A DNA stretch of 63,864 nt, counting the filler, from Platydemus manokwari (lineage: Eukaryota), in NCBI GenBank assembly GCA_037951405.1. It is 6 parts of 6 records of this genome, joined end to end, with 100 filler letters (N's around TTAATTAATTAA, not from the genome) between each part and the next. Parts side by side here need not be neighbours in the genome. Positions count along the whole stretch, not along the records: positions 1 to 8,859 come from JBBMOY011338428.1; positions 8,960 to 18,955 come from JBBMOY011180989.1; 4 more parts are not named here. One strand, 5' to 3'. Position numbers and translations under genes: made by a program. The notes below the pieces were generated by a model. That model had not been told where the DNA came from and searched no databases. It saw only the letters and a program-made list of their open reading frames with translations. Every line of letters begins with the position of its first letter. Within the stretch, counting starts at the first letter, position 1. Below, piece by piece: positions 1-13,120 of the stretch.

Positions 1-1731
1 CTGACTTATATATTTATTAAATAATATTTTAATTTATTTTAAAATTATTCTACAGAATGGTAAATAAGGTAAATGGATGTATTTAAGATGACCTTTAATG
101 AGAGATCAAGTAGAATCATAATATATTTAATTTTCGCATCTCATTTACATTAATCAAGATGAGTCATTTTTAATTTCTATTTTTAGTAAGTCATTAAAAT
201 TTTGTTACTAATTATAGTTTTGTTCCAAATTATTTATGAATAATTATTTTTTCATAATTATTTATCGTTCTTTAATTTATTCACTTTTCAGAATGTTTTG
301 AATAGATTAAAAACAGTCCATTTTTAACTCTCGAATAATTTACGGGTTGGCAACAATATACTCATCATTTTGATTCTATTTTGAAACTAATATTTTTCAA
401 TAAATCACAATTTTTGAAATAAAATGAAAACATTGCAATTGATTTTTATAAAGCTTTTCATAAAAACTTTTCACCGATTTTAATTCATCAGTTTTATAGC
501 TAGACTTTGAAAATATGTTGATTTTGCGTTCAAATATGCTTCTCATTGTCTATATATGGGTAATATAGTAAAGAATAACTGCAATCAAGTTTATATAAAT
601 TGACAATTCTACTAAGATATAAATCGTTCTGTTATCCGATAAGATATTATTAATGCGTTCTTTATCAGTGTTGTTTGCTTGTAGTCAAGAATTGATTGAA
701 ATTCGAAATATTATTCAATATGTGTTTTCTTGATTATGTGATATTGATAATAGTTGAACAATAGGTAAATATCTCTTTCGATCTCTTTATTTATTGTTTT
801 GTCATATTGATATAATAAAGAAGTATTTTGTTGTATTTGAACTCAAATCGAAAGTCTTCACTTGGAAACCGGTAAAAACAGTCCACAATCGCCTTTCTTC
901 TATGATTTTAATTATGATTGATGTGTTAGATGCTTATAAGGCTTACTTTTGATAATTTTTAAAACAAATTTTTTATGGGAAAAAATCTAAAATTGAAATG
1001 TGTTTTGATTTAAGATTTAAATTATTTCGTATTAATGAATTTTGTAATGGGTCAACTGAACTGATTTGATATTCAGAAATTAATCATGTATTTTTATTGA
1101 TTAAAGACAATTAATCCTGCAATCTATGAGATAAAACTAAGTCTAATTAAAACCTTCTATTTAAATAAATTTATAAAATTATTAATGTAAACAATATTGT
1201 AGTTAACCAGATTATTACTTTTAATATCTCTTCAATAAAATTAAAGATATTTATATCACGTCTTCCAGTCTTTCCATTGCTGCAGCATGTATTCTGATCT
1301 TTTGATTTAATTTTTTCCTTATTGGCTCTCACATGAATCTTTTAGAAAACTAAAATGAACTGTATTTCTAATTATCTTATCATCGACATGTTTAAATGCA
1401 CAAGCTAAGGGTTACATGCGGCAAATATAAGGTATTCAAAAATTTGTTCCAAAATCCAAAATTCGACACAATAGAGCTCATCATAAATATCTTAACTGCA
1501 CATCGTATTTGTTATTTTTAAATTTTTAACAACAGTCAAAATAAAAGATAATTATGATTGAAATCACAAAAATAATATAAGTAAAATTATCTATCCATCA
1601 TTTATTTATTAGGGGATAAATAAAAGTAATTAATGGAAATAATAAGGAATCATCATTTATTAATATTTCACAAGTGATAATATCTATCAATTTATTTCTA
1701 TTTTTCATAATTTGTTGTTAAACAATTCTTT

Positions 1732-2091
1732 CTAATGAGTCTTTTTTGGAATATATCTATGTGACACATGGCTACGATAATGGTGGCGAAGATCGATTTT
1801 CATTAAAAATCTCTTACCACACATTTCACAAGAATGGCTTTGATAATTTCTCAAGAATTTTATTTTTGGAAATTTTATAACTTGAAATTTCGTTGGAAAC
1901 GGGTTTTTAGATGGGTTCTTTACCACCCTACTTTTGGTTATTGGACTCGTACTTCTTGCAATTATCCCGTTTAATTTTTGATACCGAATATCTTTATGTA
2001 AACAAATAGGAATGGTTTTATCATTCACCTGTAATAAAAATAATAATCTTAAAGTTAAAATTAAATTAAAAAAATTTACCCATTCATTCAT
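1732..2091 (-). CDS. Small single-C2H2 zinc-finger protein (102 aa if spliced: exons 2091-2080 and 2028-1732)
   Basis: CEMCGKRFLMKIDLRHHYRSH is a canonical C-x2-C-x12-H-x3-H finger. The hydrophobic stretch VNFFNLILTLRLLFLLQ of the 119-aa ORF is a 51-bp in-frame GT..AG intron (gtaaat...ttacag, 2079-2029). Confidence 0.6.
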   Translation of the reverse strand: MNEWVNFFNLILTLRLLFLLQVNDKTIPICLHKDIRYQKLNGIIARSTSPITKSRVVKNPSKNPFPTKFQVIKFPKIKFLRNYQSHSCEMCGKRFLMKIDLRHHYRSHVSHRYIPKKTH

Positions 2092-2121
2092 TCATAAATA
2101 ATGTATAATAAAAAGATAATA

Positions 2122-2700
2122 GGCTTAAATTAAGAAAAAGGGTCCTTTGACCTCCTTTTAATGTAATGATTTTTCGTGTATTATTTAATTTCAAATTTTG
2201 ACTTAAAATTCAATTTTAGTCACAAAAGCAATCACAATTTAATGCCATTCAATATTTTAAATATAGAGTGATATTTTAATTTATATAGTTATCTTACAGT
2301 ACTTTCCTGTAGGATTCATATGTTGATATCTCAAATTTTATGATGTCGAATGGGAACTAAACAGAATTGCTAAAACAAGTTGCTATTCTAATCACAACAC
2401 TATTATACGATTATTTCAGTTCTTACATTTAAAATTTTAAATTATAAATCGAGTTAGTTAATTAAATACACGTTTAATAATACCATTGGTCATTATTATA
2501 AAATAATTGGAAAAGTTGAGAATATCTCTCGATTTACTTTTAACGATAATGAAGGTGACCTCATTAATTTTCAATAAATTACAATTCGACCTACTTCAAT
2601 CTATTTTTCCAATAACCAAATTTTAGGACATTCTTAAGCTCTAGTGTATTTAATATTTGATTTCAAACAACTAAAAATCTTATTAAGTACTTAAATAAAA
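2122..2700 (-). mobile_element. Dispersed repeat family B, probably Penelope-derived, degenerate copy
   Basis: Aligns by eye with 8388-8762 (same strand) and with 32757-33130 and 53808-54129 (opposite strand). Shared blocks include TTTTAGTTGTTTGAAATC and GTGATTAGAAT. Residual FSCLKSNIKYT, LLDVL and KPxLN-like words resemble Penelope RT/GIY-YIG. Confidence 0.5.
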
Positions 2701-3420
2701 AATTCCAAACGTTTTTAAAGAATATCATTAAATAAACTAAATAGATTGTTTCAATACACTCATTAAATCAAATGATATTTTCACATTTATTTCATAAGTG
2801 TCTATCTCTAATATATTTTGAAAATTTAATGATCCATAGTTCAATGGGATGAGGTAAATGTGGTATAAGGTTTAAAATGATCATATCGAAATTTTATTTA
2901 TTTAAGGAAATCGATGTATTTGTTATGAGTATTGAAAAGAGATTTCATATAAGTAAAATAAAGGTTTAAAATAAATTTAAACTGAAAAAATATATTTTAT
3001 ATAAACATATAATTATTCTCCATGCAGTGGCAGACGCCCCACATCATTTATACAGTATATACAAACTTTTGCTAAGTCCGGTGAGTTCTTGAAGAGGTTT
3101 GTCAAATTTGAATCCCCTCTTGTCCAAAAAATCGACACTGGATAAATTATTTTGAAAATATTAATTTATTAATTCGAGTTGTCATTAATCGGGAAAAGAA
3201 TATAAATATCTTTTCCTAACTTATCGGAACTCAATCAATATAATAAGAGAAACAATTGATCGGTGAATATTATGGTTACAATACGCTATAAAGAAGAATA
3301 TTCCATTTTTAAATTTTCAATTGTCGTACCTCATTGAAATTCTCGACTTAATGATTAAATCATAATATATTATTAATATAAAATATTATTTTCTCAGCAC
3401 AATTTTATTTGGAGAAAAAA

Positions 3421-4725
3421 TCATACTTTAAGATTGGTCTGATTAAAAATGATATTAAAGATTATTTTCTCTTCTTCTATCTTGACAGGTATTTTACATT
3501 TGGTAAAAGGAAGGATTTTATCTGTGACACCGTCTTCTTTGGTTTTGGTAATTGAACAACCAATGGATATTGTTTCCGCGACTTCCATATCCACCATCGA
3601 TTGAATTGTTATTGGTTCATAATTCAGTAGTTGCGTTATCGAAACCATTTCACGCATCATGAACATCAAACATAGATCAATATCTTCAATATTCTCATAA
3701 TAATAATCAATACTATCACTACTTATCGCATTTGTCGACAACAAATAAGATCCCATCGTTTCCATGTGTGTGTTTCTCATTGATTTTCCATTGAATTTGA
3801 TGAAATTAGAAGAAAATAAACGTCGGTGTTTGGATAAATGTTTCCCATTTGTCAATGCTTGAAAGGTGATGAGCGAATAGTGCAAACAAGATGGAATAAA
3901 AACATTGGGATTAAAAATTGAACAAATAAAATTCTTTGATTGAGGAGGATAAAATACGTCGTAGATATTGATTTCTATCATCATTTGATGTAGAGAATAA
4001 TTACTATATTTAGTTTTCTGAGTATTGCGAATATAGGTGATATTCCTTTCATTGGACCATACAGGTACGATGTTACTACGATAAGTATTTGTATTTTTCA
4101 ATGATTCGTTGGGTACCAAAACAATTTTATGTTTGGAATGAAGAAAAATGGTACTTTCTTCAACAATACTATCAATGATTAGACATAAATGATCATATCG
4201 CATTCTGATTTTCGGTTCAATGCGAATCTCTTTCAAACATCGGTGTTTTCGTAAATTATCCAATTGAAACACTTTAAAATTTTTGATTTTCGAGAAATTT
4301 TTCGACATAAAAACTTTCGTCGTTGCTTTACCGACGTTCATTTTCATATCTGATAATGGAAAATCAATATCGATTGGAATATTTTTGATCCATATGTAAG
4401 GTGAATGGGATTTGTTAAAAAGTTTTTTTTTATTACCTGTTGTTTGACAATGAATATTGTCTCCATAAATAGATTTGTTTGATGAGATTGTATCATCGTG
4501 ATTAGGAAAACATTTAACTATTGTATTAGTTGGGATATTCTTTTCTGTTGACTTAACAAATAAAGATGTGTTTTATTTAAAAAAAAAGATGAAATAGTTC
4601 TTTACTTTGAAAGTCTCACAGTCTGTCTCTTTTAATGAATTAACAATATTCAAGTCAATGTCTAAATTCCTTTGTCTAAATTTGTCACCATTTTTCGTCA
4701 TATAATCAATTGAGGAATGAGACAT
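3421..4725 (-). CDS. Three-exon orphan protein, 387 aa (exons 4725-4606, 4551-4437, 4349-3421)
   Basis: The 308-aa ORF is extended in frame by two upstream exons through canonical GT-AG introns of 54 and 87 bp, with consistent phases (0 and 1). No family motif recognised. Confidence 0.7.
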
Positions 4726-5157
4726 CTTAAAATCAATAACAGATAGAAAATGTATAAAATAATTTATCAAATTCTTTATACATAATTTTTACGGATAAAT
4801 CTAAACATCTAACATCGGCACATTTCAAATCAATAGATAATACATTGGTGAGAAAGTTCAAGAAATTCTGGATTTACGATTTCAATTTGGTAAAATATTT
4901 GTCAGAACAAATACAACTTTATACAGCTACATAATTTGTCATTTAGTGAACTCATTAAATTTTCAGTGAAGCTTTCAGATAAATTTGTGTATATTCATAA
5001 AAAATAATTGAAAAAAACCATGAGATATTGGAAATACGAATGAATTAGCTAATATAAAGACTTCGTCTTTACAACTCAAATAAAACAACAGTAAGAACAA
5101 ACTAAATGTATTGAGTTACTTTAATGTACAACAAAACACAATAACATTAAGAACAAA

Positions 5158-5700
5158 TAATAGCGACTGTTCAAAATGTTCATCATGATGCTGCTAACAG
5201 AGATTGCATTGTTTCCTGAAGTTTGAATAATATTTACGGACGATTTCTTGATTGACGTTTATTAATTCATGTGAGATTGCTTCTTCAAGTCCGTTGAACG
5301 TTGTATAATTGTTATGGATTACATTAACTCGATCTTTGATTTAGCTCCATAGCCCAAATCCAATATCGTGAGATCTGGAGATCTTGGTAGCCATTGCTTT
5401 GGTCCTCTACCACCAAACCATTTTGTTGATGCTAATGTTGATTATCATTTCCAATAAAGAACAGCATTCTCTTACAAAATTTACCACCTTTTTCTTCATA
5501 ATTTCATCAGACGATTTTCCTGATCGCAACATAGTAGATAAATTTTCAGTTTCTTCTAACTTCTGTTTCCAGTATTGCACTGTTGTTCTGAATGGTGGTG
5601 CACGATTGAAGTGTTTCTGAAATTCTAGGTAAGCTTTGGCACTACTCTGGCACACTGCTACATAGCTAACTAGAAACAAATTTAACATAACCATCTGCTT
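5158..5700 (-). mobile_element. Internally deleted Tc1/mariner-superfamily transposase relic (DUF4817-type HTH)
   Basis: N-terminal EFQKHFNRAPPFRTTVQYWKQKLEETENL..RSGKS HTH is joined to WLPRSPDLTILD (WPPRSPDLxPxD catalytic motif) and a C-terminal EHFEQSL. Frameshifts and stops present. Confidence 0.75.
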
Positions 5701-6187
5701 CCGCCATATTGTAATAATGCAACTGATTAATATGAAATAAGAAATAAAGTGAATAATAATTAATATCAATGAGAATAAATTATATTGTGTTTTGTTACTT
5801 TATTTTAGTTTTAGAGACGGAGACTTATAAATCGCACGATATATTTGGAATTAAAATTATTAATGTAAAAATAATTTAAAAGGTGCAATTATTATTTTTG
5901 CAATTTTATTACTCTTTACAGCTTGTTTCACTCCAATTCTCGTTAAGGGAAACAGTGAACATTTTGTTGATGTGAGTTCATTCTAGGGCAGAACTTATTC
6001 GAATTTTTAATTTTAAAGCGCGTCAGGTATCCATAAAACATGAAATTAGTTCTAAATTGTTTCGTGTTTTGAAGGCATATACAACTTAAACTCATAAAAC
6101 CGTTTGAATGATCGATTCTATTCAATTCAAAGACAACCATTTCTAAAAGATTCCATTCAATAACACATGTTTGCAAGACTATCAAAT

Positions 6188-6480
6188 ATCTGGATTCGAA
6201 TCAGAGAATATCTATAGCATGAAAATGTGAAATACTAGATCGATAGATAAATTCTCAATTAGAGAATTTTATTTAGAGATAATTATGAATACATATAAAA
6301 TCAAAGATTTAAAATAAGGAGGACGGGTGGATTTTAAAATGTATTAAAATTAAAAGGATTTGCAAACAAAATTTATTTAAAAAATATTAATTTGTTTAAA
6401 TAATTTGGTTAAAAATAATTTTATATAGTGCGACTTTTTGATTCGTTTTCAATGTGATTTAAAAATAGTAACATCATACA
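6188..6480 (+). mobile_element. TRIM family A copy: internal region, PPT and 3' LTR, degenerate
   Basis: ATCTGGATTCGAATCAGAGAA internal signature, PPT AAATAAGGAGGA at about 6312-6323, and an LTR ending AATAGTAACATCATACA. Confidence 0.6.
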
Positions 6481-8387
6481 ACAGCAAACGAATGAAATAA
6501 TTATTAATTATAATTGAAATTGAAATAATATTTAATCGTCAATATAATGAAATATTGTTAAATTTTTGGCTAATTTTTTCTTTATATTTAGATTGATATA
6601 ATTATAAATCAATATATTTGATTATAAATTTCAATGAAGTGCAATAATATTGATTGCCGATTTATTATTTAATAACAATTCTACAACTGCTTCTTGTAAA
6701 TAATCTACTAGCATTCTATAATGCCGTTATTGGCTGAAATTTCATAGACAGTAAATAATGAAATATTAATAACTTTCGTTGAATTGAATTGTTAATTAAA
6801 CTTAATGGAAGTGAATGCTTCGTTCTAATTTATAGAGTCAGAAATAGCAAAATAAGATGCGTTCTTGTGTCATGTTTTTTATTAGTTTTATTCAGAATAT
6901 TTATCCAAAATTTAATCCCAGCTGTAACAAAATATTAAACAACTCACTTGATCATCAACAAAATCTTTAGATGAATCTATCTTCTCATTTGCATTCTGAA
7001 ATTGTTATCAAATAAAAATTTCTAAACAATTCACTTTAACTATGTTGTATAAAATTTCAACACAAGCACAAAATTCATCTAATTGAAAAACAAGAATTTA
7101 TTATAATAATCGTAAAGGTCATGCCGATAGCAAACGCAATTACAGCAGATATTCACGTTCTAGATGAAAATAATAATCAAAATGTTACAATGTTTGTGGA
7201 TTCGACATTCCTTTCCAGTGAATTATCCAATGAGATTGCTTATGTTTCCATCAATGAACATTCATAAGAACTTTTAATAAATATTATTTATTTTAATAAT
7301 CAACATTATATTTTTGTTTATCGAACGAATAAAACAATTAATCACTCAAAAAGTTTACATTGTCTCGCCCGAATTCTTGTTTAGAAGACAACTGAAATAA
7401 GAAAATTTCATTATTAGAATTAATAATTTTAAATTAACTAATAAATTTTGATCATCATTTTGGTCGAATATTTGGTTTGTTATTTCGGGATATGTCTGAA
7501 TAAATAAAATTAATTATATTATAATAAATAAATAATATTTTCCAAAATATTTAATAAATAAAAATATTCGATCTTGAATGGAGTAAAACTGAAATTTAAT
7601 AAAACAATACTTCACAAATATTAGGCTCAGAATCAGTGGAATTTTGGATGGAGAGAAATGCATTTGATCTACGCCATCTCTAAATATGAAACTTATGTAA
7701 TTTTATTTTCGTATTTAATAAAAAAAATTACACAACGATTTAAAACTTCATCAAAAATATTGAAATACAAAACTTACATAAATTCGGAGAAAATATAATT
7801 ATGAAGTCAGACATGTGAAAATTTGAGAGGAATAAAAGAGAATTTATTCCAATTATCTAATGTAAGCGATTATGGAATGGTTTGGAAATATTATTTTTTT
7901 GATCATCGGTTTCATATGAGAATCAAATTTGAAATAAATAAATATTCATATTTTATGAAACAACAAATTATTCAGAAAATGTAAATTAAATAAAATAATC
8001 GATTAAATTTTAATGAAAACAATTTTAATTGAATTTTTGAGAAAAATTATTTGTGATTCAAAAAAGTATATTTTTCATTTAAATATAGAAAACTTAATTT
8101 TACACATATTATTACTAATACTATGAACTATAAGCTGATATGGAATCAAATGCAATGACAACAAGTATCCAATGCCTATTGGTTTGAATTCATTATTAAA
8201 TGTTTAACTCGATATCTTATATCTGATATTGAATATATAGGATCAGTTAAACTTACTGAAAGATAAAATATATAATCTAATTTACCTCTCAACTAATCAT
8301 ACTTACAATGACAAGATAATTAAAATCTCCAACCCGGTTGATCAGTTTTATAACTTTGTCATTCAGCAAAAACTCAAGCATTTAATT

Positions 8388-8762
8388 CGGCTTAAGTTAA
8401 GAAAAGGAGTCCTTTGACCTACTTTTGTAATGATGAAGTTTGACGTAAGAGAAAATTTTATAACTTAATTTGATATATAATTGTGCTTTTTGATTTATTC
8501 TTACTAATCAGATAATAGCTCACTTTTTAAGATAGGTACAAAACATGATTTTATTCTAATCACACACTAATCACCTTTATATGATTATTTGAGTTTTTAA
8601 ATTTCAATTCTTTTAATTATAAATTATAACTACAGATATAATTAATAATATTCTTGCTTGTTTTTATAAAATAATTGTAAAAATAGAGAGTACCACTCAA
8701 TTTCCTTCTAATGTTAAAAAGAGGTCCTCACTAATTTTTAATAAATTGCAATTCGACCACAT
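8388..8762 (-). mobile_element. Dispersed repeat family B copy (Penelope-like)
   Basis: Similar to 2122-2600 (GGCTTAAxTTAAGAAAA..GTCCTTTGACCT, ATTCTAATCAC, AATTCGACC). Confidence 0.5.
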
Positions 8763-8859
8763 TTCTTCCCTGGGAATCATAGTCTCTTTAGTCCGTCCAG
8801 TGTATACCTTCCGTTTAGCACAAATATCACAATTCCGTACTTCATGTTCGATGCTTCGT
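8763..8859 (-). mobile_element. Ty3/gypsy integrase zinc-binding fragment, cut by the contig end
   Basis: Translates RSIEHEVRNCDICAKRKVYTGRTKETMIPREE, the CxxC half of the integrase HHCC domain. GC content is higher than the flank. Confidence 0.55.
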
Positions 8860-8959
8860 NNNNNNNNNNNNNNNNNNNNNNNNNNNNNNNNNNNNNNNNN
8901 NNNTTAATTAATTAANNNNNNNNNNNNNNNNNNNNNNNNNNNNNNNNNNNNNNNNNNNN
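8860..8959. other. Artificial 100-bp contig linker (N44-TTAATTAATTAA-N44)
   Basis: Palindromic all-frame stop 12-mer inside Ns, identical at five places. Confidence 0.98.
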
Positions 8960-10344
8960 TGACTGCATTAAATTATCAATTAGTTTTATTTATTATTTCT
9001 AAAGAGCCTAAAATTTTACTTGAAAATATGAAACCAACCTAAAGCTTTCAAATAAAAACTATATTAAAACATGACTTTGTTCAACAATGTTCTAGCCTAG
9101 TTTATAATTTTGACATAAGAACCTGTTTACACTTGTAACTCATTCAATTAGATTTATAATTCATAGTAACAGATATATGAATTAATCATTTTATATATCA
9201 TAGCATATATAATGATTAATTCAATGACTTACATGCGTAAGTTCACATATCAAATTTATGACAATCAATGGAACATTTTTTAATAATATTAATTGTTTAT
9301 TTTCGAAATACATCTGATAATTTATTTGATGAGACTACCAATGGCCAGTTCGATCTCAGGGAGTAGGCAAATCAATTTAGACACGGCAAATACCAATAAG
9401 TGTATCGCCACAAAAGATATATTATAAGGTATACTTTCCGAGATTTAAAAAGAAAAATCATTCTTTGTGTCATTTATTATAGTTGTTGTATTAGTTTTTC
9501 AATGTTATTAAAGATCTAATGGGATCTTTTTGATTTTGTATGATTTAAAAAACATTTTTTATTCTAATGATGTTTTCCAGAATGATATTTTTAAGTAGAG
9601 CCTAAAATAAATACTTTATTATCTGAATCCAGTTTTTAGTAATCTTCACAAACAATCATCTTGATTTACACTTTAAACATAATAAAAGTACTCATAAATG
9701 ATATTTTCTGGAAATTTTATAAATTCATCCAATTTTACATCAGATACTGCTTCTTAAATAGCTAGATACTGTATGATATACATTATAATTAAAGGCATGC
9801 TTCAATTTTCAGAAATAAACAAACATGACAAGACAAGGACATATTTATAAATTAAGGAAGCTAGATAAAATCAACTGACTACAGAAATTGGATTCGTATT
9901 TATTATAAATGAGCTAGATATTTTGAATTGTAGGACTATTTAGAAATTTAATCAATTACAATTTCTGGCGACGTAAAGACAAAAACATAAAAAATAAGAA
10001 AATTTTGAAAGCTAATATAAGGTGAAAAAACTGGAAGAAAAATAATTAATTTTATGTATTTGAAATTTATGAAGTATAGATAAACAAACATCAGGAAAGG
10101 TAAAAAATATGTAGCAATTTTTTTTAATTTTTGCAAGAATCAAAAATAATTTTATTATTTTTTAGTTGTTTTACTTTCGGTATATACTCTTTGTAAATAA
10201 ATTAAGAGTAGTCTTGAATCGGCCATTTCAAAATAGATATAATATATGTAACTTCTTTTTAATTATCATTGGAGTTAATACTTAACAAGAAATATTAAAG
10301 AAAATTAAAGAAACAAATACAGTGGATATATAAATATTTACTTT

Positions 10345-10871
10345 TATAAACCAATACCTACTATTACGCATTGAAAACGAACTGAAAAGTCACGACACCG
10401 AATTCTGTGTTTAAATACATTTATATAAACAAATTAATATAATTTTACATAAAATTAAATATTTCAAAATTTGATTCAATTAAAATTTCTCAAATTCCTC
10501 ATTCTTTAATATTTTTGATTTTCTTTATATTTTTAATTGACATTGTATCAAATACTCTTCATATTGATCTACGTAAAAATCTCTAATTTTTCTATCTTTT
10601 TAATATCTTCTCTACATGTTTATATATTCTCTATAAAGTCTCAACATCTTCCTCGTTCTTTTCAATGATTTTCAGGCATTGATCTTCTCAGAATCGAATA
10701 CAGATGCATGATCGTCATGCTACCGCTACTATTGTATAAATTACGCATTGAAAACGAACTGAAAAGTCATGACACAGAATTTTATATTTAAATACAATCA
10801 TATACACGAATTAATATAATTTTATATAAAATTAAACATTTAAAAAATTAATTCAATTAAAATTACTCACA
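10345..10871 (-). mobile_element. TRIM family A, two-LTR copy
   Basis: Direct repeats at about 10345-10494 and 10718-10871 (TACGCATTGAAAACGAACTGAAAAGTCA...), decayed PBS TGACGATCATG next to the 5' LTR, and the internal TCTTCTCAGAATCGAA signature. Confidence 0.8.
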
Positions 10872-10943
10872 CTGACTATTATTTGTAAATCGTTGAATTT
10901 AACAATTATATATTTTCATTTATTTCGTTTATTTATTTATATT

Positions 10944-12037
10944 TCAATTATTATCATTGTTCCTATTGCTGCGACTTCGTAATCAGGCACAATATAAATA
11001 TGAATATCATTTTACCTTAACGATCCAAAATCCTCCTGAACCTAAACGACCGATTAAATCGAACAAATATAATCAATTAATTATCAAAATATAATAAAAT
11101 TTCTAGTGAAATTAAAACACAGGAATTGATTAATATATAAATAAATTAAAACAAAATAATTCAACAAAATCCACCTGATCAATCTCGAGTTGTGATGAAA
11201 CAAAAGGTTGAAAAACTGATGGATTTTCATTGGTTAAAAATCGATTACAATATTTAAATCGCGGTGAATGAGATCGATAATGATCAGTATAGATATTTGT
11301 CGGTGTTTTATCAAGATCGACAGATGAATTATCATTGTAATCATTAGCGGAATAATGAGAATGGTGAGTTGTTTTCATAAAACGAGACAATGATGGAATT
11401 GAAATATCATCTTTTCTGCTATCAGATTCATAATTAAAATGTTTATTTGACTGGTGGTTATCAAATATCAAATCATCTCTCTGTCCAGGTGAAATATTTT
11501 TAAAAAATCTCAACGGTCCAATTTGTTGTTTGGGATGATTCTGATTATTTAATGAATATCTATTGGTGTCTGGTTTATTGTTTCTTATATTAATTGAATT
11601 GAGCCTAGGATCAATGCTCCTTAATGATATTGAATTTTTATCATGTAGATATATTTTGTACCTCTTCTTGACCTTGTGTAAGAAATCCTCGATAATTTTA
11701 TCAACTTTACTTGGTGTTCCGTTTCTGGAAATCTCCATAAATATCGTTTATTAATTATAATCATATAAAACAACTTGATCACATGTATTGGTTTCGTATC
11801 AGTTTTGTACTAAAATAAAACAAATGAAATGAAGTGAAATGATATCAGATTTACATGAACAATGTTTTTCACGATTAAATTTTCGTTATTATTTCGGCTA
11901 GCAAAACCACTGGTAAATTTCCTTATAAAACATATAATAATAAACCAAACATTTCAATTATCATACGCATTTAATACAGTTTGGCTTAAAACTGCTTGTA
12001 AAGAACTATTTGTATAAAGTTCATTACTTTCTTTCAT
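10944..12037 (-). CDS. Six-exon orphan protein, about 258 aa (exons 12037-11967, 11921-11855, 11809-11673, 11619-11175, 11041-11016, 10974-10944)
   Basis: Canonical GT-AG introns of 45, 45, 53, 133 and 41 bp join into one 777-nt frame, with an in-frame stop just upstream of the ATG. Includes most of the 202-aa ORF. The last exon is least certain. Confidence 0.6.
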
Positions 12038-12679
12038 AAAATAAAATTATCTAAAATTGAGAAATGAATAACATTAAACATTATTTCCACTAAACAATAT
12101 TTCAATCTTTATTACAAAATGTAACTTATTGTATAAAATTGTATAAAATTATTAACATAAAGTAAATCGAAGTATGATTTACAAACATTTAAAATGAGTT
12201 TATGTTTCGATAAAACAAAAGTCCGTATTTGTTATTACATTCCAATAATAAAATGCTAAAGCAATTTTAATTCGTGCAAGATTGAAGTTGTAAAAGTCTT
12301 TAAAGTTAAATAAAACTCATAACTTCAATTATATTTTTATGGCATACATTTCAAAATAATTAAAATAATTGAAATTCAAACTTTACTGAATCTCAAATTA
12401 AATGAATTGCAATTCATTGTTACTTCCAAAAAATTGGATCTTTTTGAATTATTTCTTTATGTTAAAGTTCCATTACTTTATCGCATATCTTAATGATCTA
12501 GCTTTGTGTAGAAAAATTTTAAAACAAATTTGTGAAATGAAAGTAGAATTACTATATTTCTCTTAATAAATTACATTCTCAAACCAAAGATTAGCAGTAG
12601 CAAATATTAAAATTTTCACAAATAATATCATTGATAGATTTTATTAATCGCCTCCATAGTCTCAGAGTACATGATAAAA

Positions 12680-13120
12680 TGAATCGATCCCGATTTCAGG
12701 AAATTTTAAACTTCAAACTCATCAGGTCAAAACACCAAATTGGTATTTTTTCAATTATCTGTTTATTTGTCAAGATTGTTAGCGGTAGGAGTTTTAGCCA
12801 AATGATCTAAAAATAAATTTAGTAGAATTTAATCTAATAAACAGATATTGATACAAATTTTCTAAACTTTAAAAATAATGTTTTTGTAGAGGTTTTGAAC
12901 AGAATAATCTTAGTATCCAACTCAGAAAAGTTGGGTGGTGTCCCAAAGAATAATACGTCGCGACAATTTATCTGCTTACTCGCTATAAATTTGTTTAATA
13001 TAGTCACTCAGGTTATTATAGTATGTAGCACAGACACAAATGTTCTACATTCTCTAGATTTAACACTACCGTCGGTTTCACCTTCCAGGTGAACATCGAT
13101 TACCATCAATATAATCCACA
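12680..13120 (-). mobile_element. Penelope-like 3' remnant (GIY-YIG region)
   Basis: Decayed GETDGSVKSR..EH resembles YIGETxRxLxxRxxEH and is followed downstream by a hammerhead-like CTGATGA...GAAA core. Confidence 0.35.

Noticed and set aside
1230-1340. Helitron CCSNGK motif on the minus strand
   Set aside because: A single short word with no supporting Rep motifs nearby.
3024-3140. MITE with CAGTGGCAGA / TCGACACTG ends
   Set aside because: The TIR match is short and imperfect and there is no TSD.
8904-8915. TTAATTAATTAA as a biological repeat or CRISPR-like direct repeat
   Set aside because: Always centred in exactly 44+44 Ns, so it is an assembly linker. No repeat-spacer array was seen.
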